Assembly: GCA_047495785.1 (NCBI GenBank)
Contig: JBLDXI010000034.1
Span: 1-64,000 of the forward strand
Length of the DNA: 64,000 nucleotides
Direction of reading: 5' to 3'
Source: Lepidodermella squamata
Lineage: Eukaryota > Animalia > Gastrotricha
Positions 1 to 11,306 of this stretch are shown here, one piece after another. Position 1 is the stretch's first letter, and each line of letters begins with the position of its first letter. The position numbers were made by a program, and so were the translations under genes. The notes under the pieces were generated by a model. That model was not told where the DNA came from. It saw only the letters and a program-made list of their open reading frames with translations, and searched no databases.

Positions 1-17
1 ACACATCTCGTGAGAGT
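1..17 (+). other. PacBio barcoded-adapter remnant (bc1003 + T overhang); technical sequence, contig end
   Basis: ACACATCTCGTGAGAGT equals the PacBio bc1003 barcode plus T as I recall it; the mirror symmetry of the window start begins exactly at base 18. Confidence 0.85.
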
Positions 18-381
18 ATTCAAGTTTTCATTCATTAGTTGACAAAAAAGTGATGTACAAGAAGATGTATGAAATCTATCAAGTCACTTCTATCAAATAC
101 CAAGGGCTGATGATTTCGGAAATTTTGAATTATTTTAGCCTTTCAATTACAACATAGAACTTCATTCGCCCGCCTTGCACATGCGTTACCTGTTACGCAC
201 GACTCTATGTACGCAGCCACTTTACGCACACTCAACTTGACGCAGGATGGATATAACCCTGTGAGCCCTGTGTGTAATCAGAACGGTAAAAAGTAAAATT
301 TTGTCGACAAATAAGACAGATTGTCGATGGTCTTCTTCACAAATATATAGAATTGGGGAAAAAATATCAATTTCAACTAAC

Positions 382-776
382 CATTATCTCGTCCGTTTTC
401 GCACAACCAGGGCTGCCCGGTCGACATGTCGCCGCATTAGTCGTCAATCGGTAGCACAATCTAGCAGTCTGTGCGCAAATAACATAATTCGATTTAATAC
501 TCAAGCCAGAACTCAATCAAAGAATGAACTCACCGATTTCATGCACTTTGATTGATCCGGCCAACCTTCGCCAAGCTGGCAAAAGATGAAATTTAAAAAA
601 AACAATAGGTTAAAAAATTTATAATTATTAACCTGATATTCGCTCAATTTAAAACAGCCGTTAGGTAATTCGCGGCAACTCGTGAACGTATCGTCGAATT
701 GGGAGAAGCAGCGAGCCCAGTCGCCACACAGAACCGCATCGATTGCGAAGAAAAAGACGAGGAAGAGTGGTTTCAT
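382..776 (-). pseudogene. Mirror copy of exons 1-3 of the 4-Cys-module/C-type lectin gene A (in palindrome arm)
   Basis: Reverse complement of 4662-5056. Confidence 0.8.
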
Positions 777-2459
777 TATCACACACAAAAAGCTTGGAAA
801 TAATAGTGAATAAAGTTAAATCAAAAAGCGTAGAATGAGCATTTATTGAAAAACATGTTTTGATGTTTGAGAAGGTGGCGCGTGGCTATTTTTTCAGGCA
901 CGCGGAACTGATTTCAATTGTAGGCGACCAATTTTGTGTAGTCGTAGTTTTTGTAAACAATTTTCATTCATCAACATCTATTTTCATTCATGGGAATACG
1001 CCCTAGCAAGAACCACCTACTACGTTCGTTCAAAAATAGCAGATAATGAGCAGATGAAAAAATGCAAAATCAAATTCGATTCACATTATTATGACGGACT
1101 TGGGGAGAATCGATTGCAACAACTGGGGCACACTAATGAATATTCAGAGTAGTATGCACAATTCGATTATCACCCGGACAGCAAGGTTTTATCTTCCACG
1201 CATATGAAATGGCACAAATTTTTTAATGACTGTTAATAGAACTAGTCGCCAATTCCAACATGGTTCGGCTTATATTCACGTCACATTATGAAAAATTATT
1301 ATAAATTATTACAGATATTATAAAAACACGTATCCCTACCGTACTGATTCTTCTACATCGGCTCGATTTTGGCGCGCAATCCACCAATTCCATCAAATCT
1401 TCATACAACACGCGCACACATACGCACCCCGCGCGGCGACTGAGTCGTGTTTTACAGCCGAGGGCCGAGGGATCAAGGGATTATCTGTGTTCGAGTTTAG
1501 TCGCCGGTCGTCGGAGTAACACGCCGGTTTAGTACTAGCTGCTTGAAGAGCTATGGACCGCGTCCGGTCATTAAACTGGGTCGCGCTTCGCGCTACATAC
1601 AGCTACAACAATAAATCAACAGCTACAACTTGTCCTAGGATTTTTTTTAAGAAATCAGCAATTTGCGATATAATTATCTATGATCTATTTGTATGCTATA
1701 TGACGAGCTATCCCCCAGAATAACTGAGAACCGTCAAGCGTTTTCGGCCCTTTCTTATATTTGAAACAAGTATCCGTTTTTTAAACATTTTAATTTTAAT
1801 TTTTTAAATGTCAATAATTAAAAACTGCTGAGAATTAGTTTGCGCTATTTCGGCCTGAGGAATGTTGGTCCAGAAGTAATCTAGGCATTTCTCAAAACCG
1901 GGTCGGGTTACCATTCAAGTGCAGCCAGGTCGTATAGCGAAGTCACCAAACGCGCCAGCAAATTTTACCGACGACTTTTTTACATTCTTCAACCGTCGCG
2001 GCCTCCAGTGTTCACCACGGCCGAGGCACGCCGTCTCCTGTGACGCCCGGGCGCAGCTATGCTCGCACTGCTGCAACGACGCCGCCGCCGCCTGCTCACC
2101 CATCGGCGCCTCTCTCCGGGTAGCACTCGGCTGCCTAGCTCAGTGTGGCCGTTGCCGGATGCACTAGCACTGATGCAGTGGAATCCCCAAGGTGCTAACG
2201 GAAAGCCTGTTGAAGTTAGTTACTTGGCTGAAAATGTTGATGCGCTCTTTGTTTTTCCTCTCTGAAACCTATTTCTTCCCCCTCTCCTCTGCTTTTTCCA
2301 TCGCTACGCCGTGTTTAGATGTGACAGGGAGCAAGCCCCGGACGATCTGCTGTATCGTGGCTCCTGTGGCGGCTCTGCTTTGCAAATCTGTGCAAGATCG
2401 TGCACGGATCTTTGATGGATCTTGGCAAGTTCAGCTAAGATCTTGCCAAGATTTGATCC

Positions 2460-3530
2460 CTAGGGCCACAGCGTCCGTTGAAATCCTCGGCGATTGGCCC
2501 GAGTTGTATCGAACCGCGGGGTGGGGTCGGGAAGAGGCAGCAAACGACGAGCCCCGATCACGGGTATTTCGAGGCGTAGCGAAGTGCTGAAGTGGTCGCT
2601 GCTGAGGCGGTCACCCACGGCCCACGGTAACTCCCCCTTTAAGAAACTGTAAAGCGGCGTCATTGACCACCCAAACATCCATGGTCGAGAGAGAGCCAGT
2701 GCGGAGATCGATGTGAGTCGGGGCGGGCTTGAGGATGGTGAGACCGAGCCGGGTAACCATGTGATGTAGATGATAACCGTGTAGATTCCAGTGGTCAGCT
2801 TCACTCCACAGAGAAGACTTAGCGTTCAGATCGCCGCCGAAAACACAGGGCGTGCGGGACGTGTTGGCCTCTTCAAACTCATGCTCTAGGAACCGCAAAT
2901 CCAAGTCGGAGGATGGCGGGGCAATAGCCAGTAACCAATCGAACCACAGGAGAACGAGGGTCGGGAATAACATCAATACGCAGCCACTCACTGCACCTCC
3001 GGCCAGACAGCGGCATCTTACGTTCCCGAACGACGCTGACGCCTTCACGGACTAAGAAAGCAGAGCCGCCACAGGAGCCACGATACAGCAGATCGTCCGG
3101 GGCTTGCTCCCTGTCACATCTAAACACGGCGTAGCGATGGAAAAAGCAGAGGAGAGGGGGAAGAAATAGGTTTCAGAGAGGAAAAACAAAGAGCGCATCA
3201 ACATTTTCAGCCAAGTAACTAACTTCAACAGGCTTTCCGTTAGCACCTTGGGGATTCCACTGCATCAGTGCTAGTGCATCCGGCAACGGCCACACTGAGC
3301 TAGGCAGCCGAGTGCTACCCGGAGAGAGGCGCCGATGGGTGAGCAGGCGGCGGCGGCGTCGTTGCAGCAGTGCGAGCATAGCTGCGCCCGGGCGTCACAG
3401 GAGACGGCGTGCCTCGGCCGTGGTGAACACTGGAGGCCGCGACGGTTGAAGAATGTAAAAAAGTCGTCGGTAAAATTTGCTGGCGCGTTTGGTGACTTCG
3501 CTATACGACCTGGCTGCACTTGAATGGTAA
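2460..3530 (-). mobile_element. LINE fragment (ORF1 end + APE endonuclease start, frameshifted), related to the LINE at 37.4-42.4 kb
   Basis: QWNPQGANGK, LSETYFF, GGDLNAKSSLW, GSLSTMDVWVVNDAA, SSDHF match ORF2 at 39259 (QWNCRGGNDK, GGDLNAKSPLW, SLSTLDVWVLNDAA, TSDHF). Its 5' part is mirrored at ~1908-2381. Confidence 0.85.
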
Positions 3531-3858
3531 CCCGACCCGGTTTTGAGAAATGCCTAGATTACTTCTGGACCAACATTCCTCAGGCCGAAATAGCGCAAAC
3601 TAATTCTCAGCAGTTTTTAATTATTGACATTTAAAAAATTAAAATTAAAATGTTTAAAAAACGGATACTTGTTTCAAATATAAGAAAGGGCCGAAAACGC
3701 TTGACGGTTCTCAGTTATTCTGGGGGATAGCTCGTCATATAGCATACAAATAGATCATAGATAATTATATCGCAAATTGCTGATTTCTTAAAAAAAATCC
3801 TAGGACAAGTTGTAGCTGTTGATTTATTGTTGTAGCTGTATGTAGCGCGAAGCGCGAC

Positions 3859-6241
3859 CCAGTTTAATGACCGGACGCGGTCCATAGCTCTTCAAGCAGC
3901 TAGTACTAAACCGGCGTGTTACTCCGACGACCGGCGACTAAACTCGAACACAGATAATCCCTTGATCCCTCGGCCCTCGGCTGTAAAACACGACTCAGTC
4001 GCCGCGCGGGGTGCGTATGTGTGCGCGTGTTGTATGAAGATTTGATGGAATTGGTGGATTGCGCGCCAAAATCGAGCCGATGTAGAAGAATCAGTACGGT
4101 AGGGATACGTGTTTTTATAATATCTGTAATAATTTATAATAATTTTTCATAATGTGACGTGAATATAAGCCGAACCATGTTGGAATTGGCGACTAGTTCT
4201 ATTAACAGTCATTAAAAAATTTGTGCCATTTCATATGCGTGGAAGATAAAACCTTGCTGTCCGGGTGATAATCGAATTGTGCATACTACTCTGAATATTC
4301 ATTAGTGTGCCCCAGTTGTTGCAATCGATTCTCCCCAAGTCCGTCATAATAATGTGAATCGAATTTGATTTTGCATTTTTTCATCTGCTCATTATCTGCT
4401 ATTTTTGAACGAACGTAGTAGGTGGTTCTTGCTAGGGCGTATTCCCATGAATGAAAATAGATGTTGATGAATGAAAATTGTTTACAAAAACTACGACTAC
4501 ACAAAATTGGTCGCCTACAATTGAAATCAGTTCCGCGTGCCTGAAAAAATAGCCACGCGCCACCTTCTCAAACATCAAAACATGTTTTTCAATAAATGCT
4601 CATTCTACGCTTTTTGATTTAACTTTATTCACTATTATTTCCAAGCTTTTTGTGTGTGATAATGAAACCACTCTTCCTCGTCTTTTTCTTCGCAATCGAT
4701 GCGGTTCTGTGTGGCGACTGGGCTCGCTGCTTCTCCCAATTCGACGATACGTTCACGAGTTGCCGCGAATTACCTAACGGCTGTTTTAAATTGAGCGAAT
4801 ATCAGGTTAATAATTATAAATTTTTTAACCTATTGTTTTTTTTAAATTTCATCTTTTGCCAGCTTGGCGAAGGTTGGCCGGATCAATCAAAGTGCATGAA
4901 ATCGGTGAGTTCATTCTTTGATTGAGTTCTGGCTTGAGTATTAAATCGAATTATGTTATTTGCGCACAGACTGCTAGATTGTGCTACCGATTGACGACTA
5001 ATGCGGCGACATGTCGACCGGGCAGCCCTGGTTGTGCGAAAACGGACGAGATAATGGTTAGTTGAAATTGATATTTTTTCCCCAATTCTATATATTTGTG
5101 AAGAAGACCATCGACAATCTGTCTTATTTGTCGACAAAATTTTACTTTTTACCGTTCTGATTACACACAGGGCTCACAGGGTTATATCCATCCTGCGTCA
5201 AGTTGAGTGTGCGTAAAGTGGCTGCGTACATAGAGTCGTGCGTAACAGGTAACGCATGTGCAAGGCGGGCGAATGAAGTTCTATGTTGTAATTGAAAGGC
5301 TAAAATAATTCAAAATTTCCGAAATCATCAGCCCTTGGTATTTGATAGAAGTGACTTGATAGATTTCATACATCTTCTTGTACATCACTTTTTTGTCAAC
5401 TAATGAATGAAAACTTGAATGAAAACTTGAATGAAATTTTGTCTTCATCATTGGAGAATTAAGGAGAAAATTATAATAGAAGAAGAGGCGCGAGTTTTTA
5501 GACACTTTTGAAGATTTTTTCACCTGTTAAACTACCCGCGACCAAACTATCGACGATATATTTATTTGCAGCCCATACCCAGCTTTCTAGCAATATTAGT
5601 TTCATCAATTTTGCTCCTTAGGCCGACATTAGCCTATAACCGACCCTAGAAGCCGATTTACTGAAACCGCTGCAATTAGCGATGCGAAATTCGTGTTAGT
5701 TTTGCTACGCTCGCGCTATTGCTATCACTTGTGTGTACGTGTGTTGTGTGTGTGTGTTTTATCGAGGGCAATAATTTTCACTCGCCCCACCGCAAGCAGG
5801 AAAGAGGCTTTAAAAATTGATCAATTCGCCCTACTCAACCTCTTCCGGCATTAACAACGCGGACAAGTGGTGTCACTAGCTCTCTATCACCCGCCGCGCG
5901 CTGTCAGCAGGCTCGTCCGCACCTGAGGCCTTAATGTCCTGTCAGCATCCGCGCTGTTAACGCGCGTGCTAAGATTAAGAGCGCGCGATGAGAGGATTAA
6001 GTACCAACTTGAGCAGAGCGGCGTGGCGATAATCCGATCATCGGACATGGAAAATATGCATTTCAAGCGTTGAAGGTTTTGCTGCTTTTCAAATTCGAGA
6101 TGAGTAGACAGCATTATTGGCCAATTATCTCGAGTTATGCAAAACTAAAATGGCCTGAGCTGACCTCAAAACTCGCTTTTCGCGTTGAAAAAATGTATGT
6201 GAAATTACACGTTTAACATTGGAGCGGTCATGTGGTGAATA
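3859..6241 (+). repeat. Direct repeat copy 1 (2383 bp) of a tandem duplication flanking the Sola1 element
   Basis: Constant offset 7448 to copy 2 (4286->11734, 5887->13335); ends TGGTGAATA immediately before the transposon. Confidence 0.95.
4662..5056 (+). pseudogene. Duplicated exons 1-3 (signal peptide + first 4-Cys modules) of gene A, cut off by the Sola1 junction
   Basis: Identical to 12110-12504: MKPLFLVFFFAIDAVLCGDWARCFSQFDD...|LGEGWPDQSKCMKS|TARLCYRLTTNAATCRPGSPGCAKTDEIM. Confidence 0.8.
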
Positions 6242-7032
6242 CGTTCACGTCGCGGAAGAACTCGCACTTCTGAAAAAGTCCGACAGTACGTCTAGTACAG
6301 TAGGCTCATGCTGTACCGATTAGTACTGTAATATCTACCGTATAAAAAGTACTGTTTTTTCGACAGTACTTTTTCTACGGCGGGCTAGCCGTATGATTTA
6401 GTACAGCGGAATGAAACTGTAGTCTTAGTACTGTCGAGGGCAGCTGTATATGATTGTACGGTATCCAGCCGTAGTTGATAGTACGGCTTGCTGTATTTGA
6501 AAGTACGGCTTGCAGTATTTGAAAGTACAGCACAGAACTGTAGAAAAAGTACTGTCGGACTTTTCGAAATTCTGCAACGCACGACCTTATGAATTATAAC
6601 AGCCTGAAACCACACTGTTTATGACGACGCAGCTGTGCTGTTTTTTGTCTTGATATGCCGAGCAGTCGATAATTAGCAGGTAACGCACTTCGAGGGAAAG
6701 ATTGACGCGACTGGCGCCATTTCATGAATAGATATAGACGACACATTCGAATCGCCAAGCGAAAAGCCGAACCCATGTCATGGTAATAAAAGTATGCAAT
6801 CAATCAGAGCATCTCATGATACTTATATATGCATGCCCGAACGGTTCTATAATAAAAATAAAGAATATTTGCTTGACTACTTGAGACCATTGCTTTATTT
6901 TCTGGTTGGCCATACGATATTAATCAAAATACTTCCATTTCTTTCAAAATAATTTATTGCTGCCTAAGAACCGGTTTTCTCGAAATTATTTTAGATTTTT
7001 TCAGTCTCGAAATTTTTCAGAACCACAAGAAA

Positions 7033-8020
7033 ATGCCTGATTCTATTGTCAAAGTGACATTGTTTTCGGCGAAATGGGCTCGCTACGTCAAAATTAGCGA
7101 AGAATGTCAAAACGCGCTCATAGTGATAAAAGGCAAAGTTTATGCTGTCTACCGCAATTTGTTTAAAGCCGATGATTATTCCATGTTTTGGAGCGATGAA
7201 GAGCATCTGATAATCATCGAGGATGAGGATGATTTGCGACTAGCTTTCGAGTTGAACACCGGCGTTTTGAGCATCACCGTAGTTTTTGGCGAGGAACTTC
7301 AAGAAATGATGGCGGTCAAGCGTCCAACATTGTCTAATCAGGTTGATCAACTTACGAGAATGATCTCAGGTCAGCTGTTAGAAATCTTAGAAAACTAGTC
7401 GAAAATAATTGGCGTTGGTGCGAACTTTGGCCCATTTAGCCTGAGGCCTTCCTTGCTAAAATGATTAAATTTTTCTTTTTTTCATTGCTATTTCATAATT
7501 TCATTATTATACAGAACTGCAAACCGATCCGAGCAAGCAAACACCCTTTAATTCTGCTAGGAGTCTCGGCACTTTAAACCAAGTGCTACCAGCTGGCGCT
7601 GCTACGGGCCTGGAAACCGTAGTTGACCGAAAAGGGGCCCCTTACGATAAGGTGAATGAGATTCCTCTGCTGAAGCAAATAGCGGTCATAATGGACGACC
7701 GCAAGGACAAGGGTGAACTGGGATACACCCGATCGACTGTCGAAAATTTTCTCAAAATTCTTGAGGAACTTGGTTTCAACTTCAACGAAAAATTCCCAGG
7801 CCGCGATAAAACAAATGTCAAAGACAAGATGCGGGAGTTCCGCAGAAAGTGATTAAAGTCATACCTTTGTTAATTCAATTTTTGCAGGCGAGAATATAGG
7901 TATAGGTATACGCGTACTACATGCTGGTCTAAATTTGCGAGGATGATTCGAAAACGTTTTTCTGTTGATAATGTTACTGTCGCATTTTTTAGGATTTTAA
8001 CAATTATTTTCGATGGCTGA
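7033..8020 (+). CDS. Transposon accessory protein: PB1 domain + Myb/SANT-like helix-turn-helix (exons 7033-7369, 7515-7848, 7888-?; 3' end uncertain, may splice to the BED ORF)
   Basis: N-terminal IVKVTLF (basic Lys) and OPCA-like YSMFWSDEEHLIIIEDEDDLRLAFE; in-phase GT-AG join to exon 2; trihelix-like ending FPGRDKTNVKDKMREFRRKREY. Confidence 0.6.
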
Positions 8021-8432
8021 ACCGATGGCTGAACCGATGGCAGAACCGATGGCAGAACCGATGGAGGACGATGGAGATCATTCGAATGGGCAGGAAGCTG
8101 AGCCGAGATATACCCACCGGGAGTGGCTAGAGCACTGTGCGACTCTGAAGAAAAGTCAGAGATCAGCAAAAGCCAAAACCCAACGTCGCTTGTATGGGCG
8201 ATTTGTAGGTGTTAAAAAGCACCAAAATGGCTATAGGCGGCTGTGCAAGCTGTGTAGAACCAGCTTTTATGACTCTTCGGTGCTGCGAAGGCACCTTATG
8301 TGGAGCTGCAAAAAAGCCACCAAGCAGCCAACCGATGCAGAAATGAATGAGTTAATTTTTTGGTCCAAGCAAAACTACAGAACAAAACAAAACGAAGTTC
8401 CGAAAAAGAAACGAGTAGTTGAAGATAAATAA
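8013..8432 (+). CDS. BED-type zinc-finger ORF with (MAEP)4 N-terminal repeat, inside the transposon
   Basis: YGRFVGV...LCKLCRTSFYDSSVLRRHLMWSC; basic NLS-like PKKKR; AATAAA overlapping the stop. Confidence 0.6.
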   Translation: MAEPMAEPMAEPMAEPMEDDGDHSNGQEAEPRYTHREWLEHCATLKKSQRSAKAKTQRRLYGRFVGVKKHQNGYRRLCKLCRTSFYDSSVLRRHLMWSCKKATKQPTDAEMNELIFWSKQNYRTKQNEVPKKKRVVEDK

Positions 8433-8480
8433 AAGCCTTAATCTCTGTACATTTGTTTCATAGAGTATTATATCACACTA

Positions 8481-10703
8481 ATGGAATCAGACGACTTTGA
8501 ATCCGATGATCTAGCCGTTGTAGATCGTGTTCTGGGGCGAATGATGGACAATCTTGAATTGCCTTCGAGCACTGATGATAGCACTACGGTGTCTTCATTC
8601 GCCATGACCGATATTTCAAATGCTTCAAAATTGCCTAAATTTATATGGCCAGATCTGACGGAATCCGACTCGCTATTGCATGAACATGATAGTGCTGAAG
8701 CTAGCACAGTTCGAAGTTTGAACACATCAAAATCGACGCGAAGCGAAATTTTCCCGCGACTTCGACCCTTCGAATACATTGCTTGTCATTGCAAGGAGAA
8801 ATGCGCTAGTAAACTTCCCGAGGAGCAAATGCGCCGCCTGTACGATCAATTCGGCTCGAACAACATAGATGCTCGCCGGAACTTCATTATAAAATGCGTG
8901 GATCCCCGATCTTCGCAGTCGTTGCATCACTGCTTTTTCTTACCTGGTGGCGATGGGTCCGCCAGAGAAAGAGTTTGCTCGAAATTCTTTCATCGCGTTC
9001 TCGGTTTGAGTGCTCGAGGATTCGTCGAATGGACTCTAAAACACAAAGTTGGAAAACTGGGGGTTGCCTTGCCTGATGCTAGAGGCATTCAGAAAAATCC
9101 TGATGCAATTTCCAATGAGCAATTCGATCATTGCTGCAGGTCTGATGATAAAAAGTTACACGAAATGTGCGCCCATACTAATTGTTCTTTTTAAAATACA
9201 GATATATCGATAGCTATGAGCGCGCACCGGGTCACTACGTAAGAAAAAATTCGAAAAAAGTTTACATCGAAGGAAACATGACAAAGCAGGAAATGTTTGA
9301 CGGATATTTAAAATTTTGTGAAAAAACCCCGATTCTAAATAATTGTCCGCCCTTGTGTTTGAATTCATTCAAAAGAGTCTTACACGAAGCATATCCCGAG
9401 TTGTCTCTTCGCGTTCAAGTTAAGGATAAATGCTCAAAATGCAGGAAATTTTTGCTGCGTGAAAAAGAGAAAAAAATTGATGAGCGACGGCGAAAAATAT
9501 TTCACGTTCATCTTTATATGAAAAACACCGCAAGGCGAGCTTGTAACGCTGACGTTTCTATGGCTACGAAAAATTCAGACGAAGTCGTGGTCATACAACT
9601 CGACTACGAAAAAGCATTGCTCAGCCCTTCGCAAACGCCAGCGAACTATCATTTCAAGAAAATGACCACGTGGAATTGCGGTAAGATTGTTTTCGCTGGA
9701 CATTTCTTAAACTCTGTTTATTCTAAATACCTATTCTAGTCATATACGAGATGGTATCGAAAGAAGCTTACTGTTTTTTCTCCGATGAAACTGACTTGGA
9801 GCATCCAAACGGCAGCTCAGCAGGGTCCGCACTATTCATCTACATAACGAGATATCTTTCGGTCAGTCATCCGCGCTGCAAGACGCTGATAGTTTACTCC
9901 GATAATGGGACTGGAAATCATAGTCAATATTTCGCCAATGCCATCATGTTTGCGTTGCAAAATGGGCAAACTTCGCTGAAATCGATTCATCATAAATTCT
10001 TTCAGCCAAATCACACAATGATGGTGGTTGACTGCTGCCACTCGTAAGAATTTTTTATTTTACTTAGTTTTTGCAAGAATTTTAGTAACATAGGCTGATT
10101 GAGAGGAGGGCAAGCCGGCATCAGGTATTTGTACCAGAAGATTGGCGTGAAATAGCCCGTTTATGTCGACCCTCTCAGCCATTCATAATTCACAACTTGA
10201 CCTGGGACCAAATGCTCAATTTTCACGGTGAGCCGAACTTCACCGCAAAACTCAGAAAGCCAAAGAATTGGAAGTCGACTAACAATTCGAATCGCGACTT
10301 CTTCGGCATTGGTGAGCGTCCATCCACCCAGAGTGACTATCTACCCTGGTCTGAAGGGGTTTGGTTTTGGTACGAAAAGGGGCACCCATCCACCCTACGC
10401 GTTCGTGACGGATACGAATCCTTATGGCCCTGGAAGACTTACTCCCTATCAACGCAAGCCAAAAAGAGCATTCCGGCTGGTGCACCTACTCTGGCAATGA
10501 CCAGCCCCCTGGCGATATCTTATAGCTTAAAGGCTGATCTGTTGCAAATGTTAAGGGCCGAAATTATTCCGCTGCGACACTCTGATTACATTCTTAACTT
10601 GCCCTATAAAATGTGGAATGGAAAGCCGAATGAGTACCGAGCAATATTTAATAACTTCGGAAAGCGCCAAAATATAATGGAATATGATTCTGATTTTGAT
10701 TGA
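8481..10703 (+). CDS. Sola1-family DDD transposase, 4 exons (8481-9139, 9202-9680, 9740-10043, 10094-10703), ~683 aa
   Basis: All three GT-AG introns join in phase. Motifs CHCKEKC, RVCSKFF, GHYVR, KDKCSKC, QLDYEK (D1), WNCVIYE, VYSDNG (D2), HKFFQPNHTMMVVDCCHSLIE (D3), VFVPEDW; AATAAA at 10742. Confidence 0.88.
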
Positions 10704-11306
10704 TCTTCAATTTGGCGTGTGATTTGACGTGATTATTCCAAAATAAAAGAAATTTCTGTACGCTAAAATAATGATGTGCGTCTAATTTGTCACTAGCTCA
10801 TTTGTCGCCGCCATGAAGTATAGCCGGCTTCCCGAACAAAAATACCAGCCTCTGAAACGATTCAAAACCGAGCATGAGTTGCAATATACAAACGCGTTCA
10901 TCACACTATCGATTATAGCCGCCATTTATCAGTAGCCATTCATACTTTGATATATTATGATATATATTCAACGATTTTAACTGTACAGCCTCTATACTGT
11001 AATTAACCGTAGATTGCTGTACAGCAGCCCCAGCTGTACATGTTAAATACAGTCATTTGCCGTACATCTATGTACAGTACACTCGACAGTACTAATAACT
11101 ACGGCATTTGGCAGTACTTGTCAGTACAGTGTGATTACAGTATGCTAATGTACGGCCGGGATTTACTGTACAAATACTACAGCTGTAATACCGTACAAAA
11201 AATACTGTCGAGATGCGCTGTACGAAAAATACAGTCAACGAAGCTGTACACGACAGTACTGTAATCAGAAAAAAAAACCGAAGTGCGAGTTCTTCCGCGA
11301 CGTGAA

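Larger units (their letters stand above)
18..5420. repeat. Giant inverted repeat: arms 18-2381 and 3057-5420 (2364 bp) around a 675-bp spacer
   Basis: ORFs mirror with coordinates summing to 5438 (301..555+/4883..5137-, 513..788-/4650..4925+, 934..1152+/4286..4504-); arm boundaries read directly from sequence; no mismatch noticed. Confidence 0.95.

Noticed and set aside
18-5420. Palindrome arms as TIRs of a foldback/Polinton element or a hairpin telomere
   Set aside because: The arms contain host exons and a cut LINE, start at an adapter sequence and enclose no transposase or polymerase.
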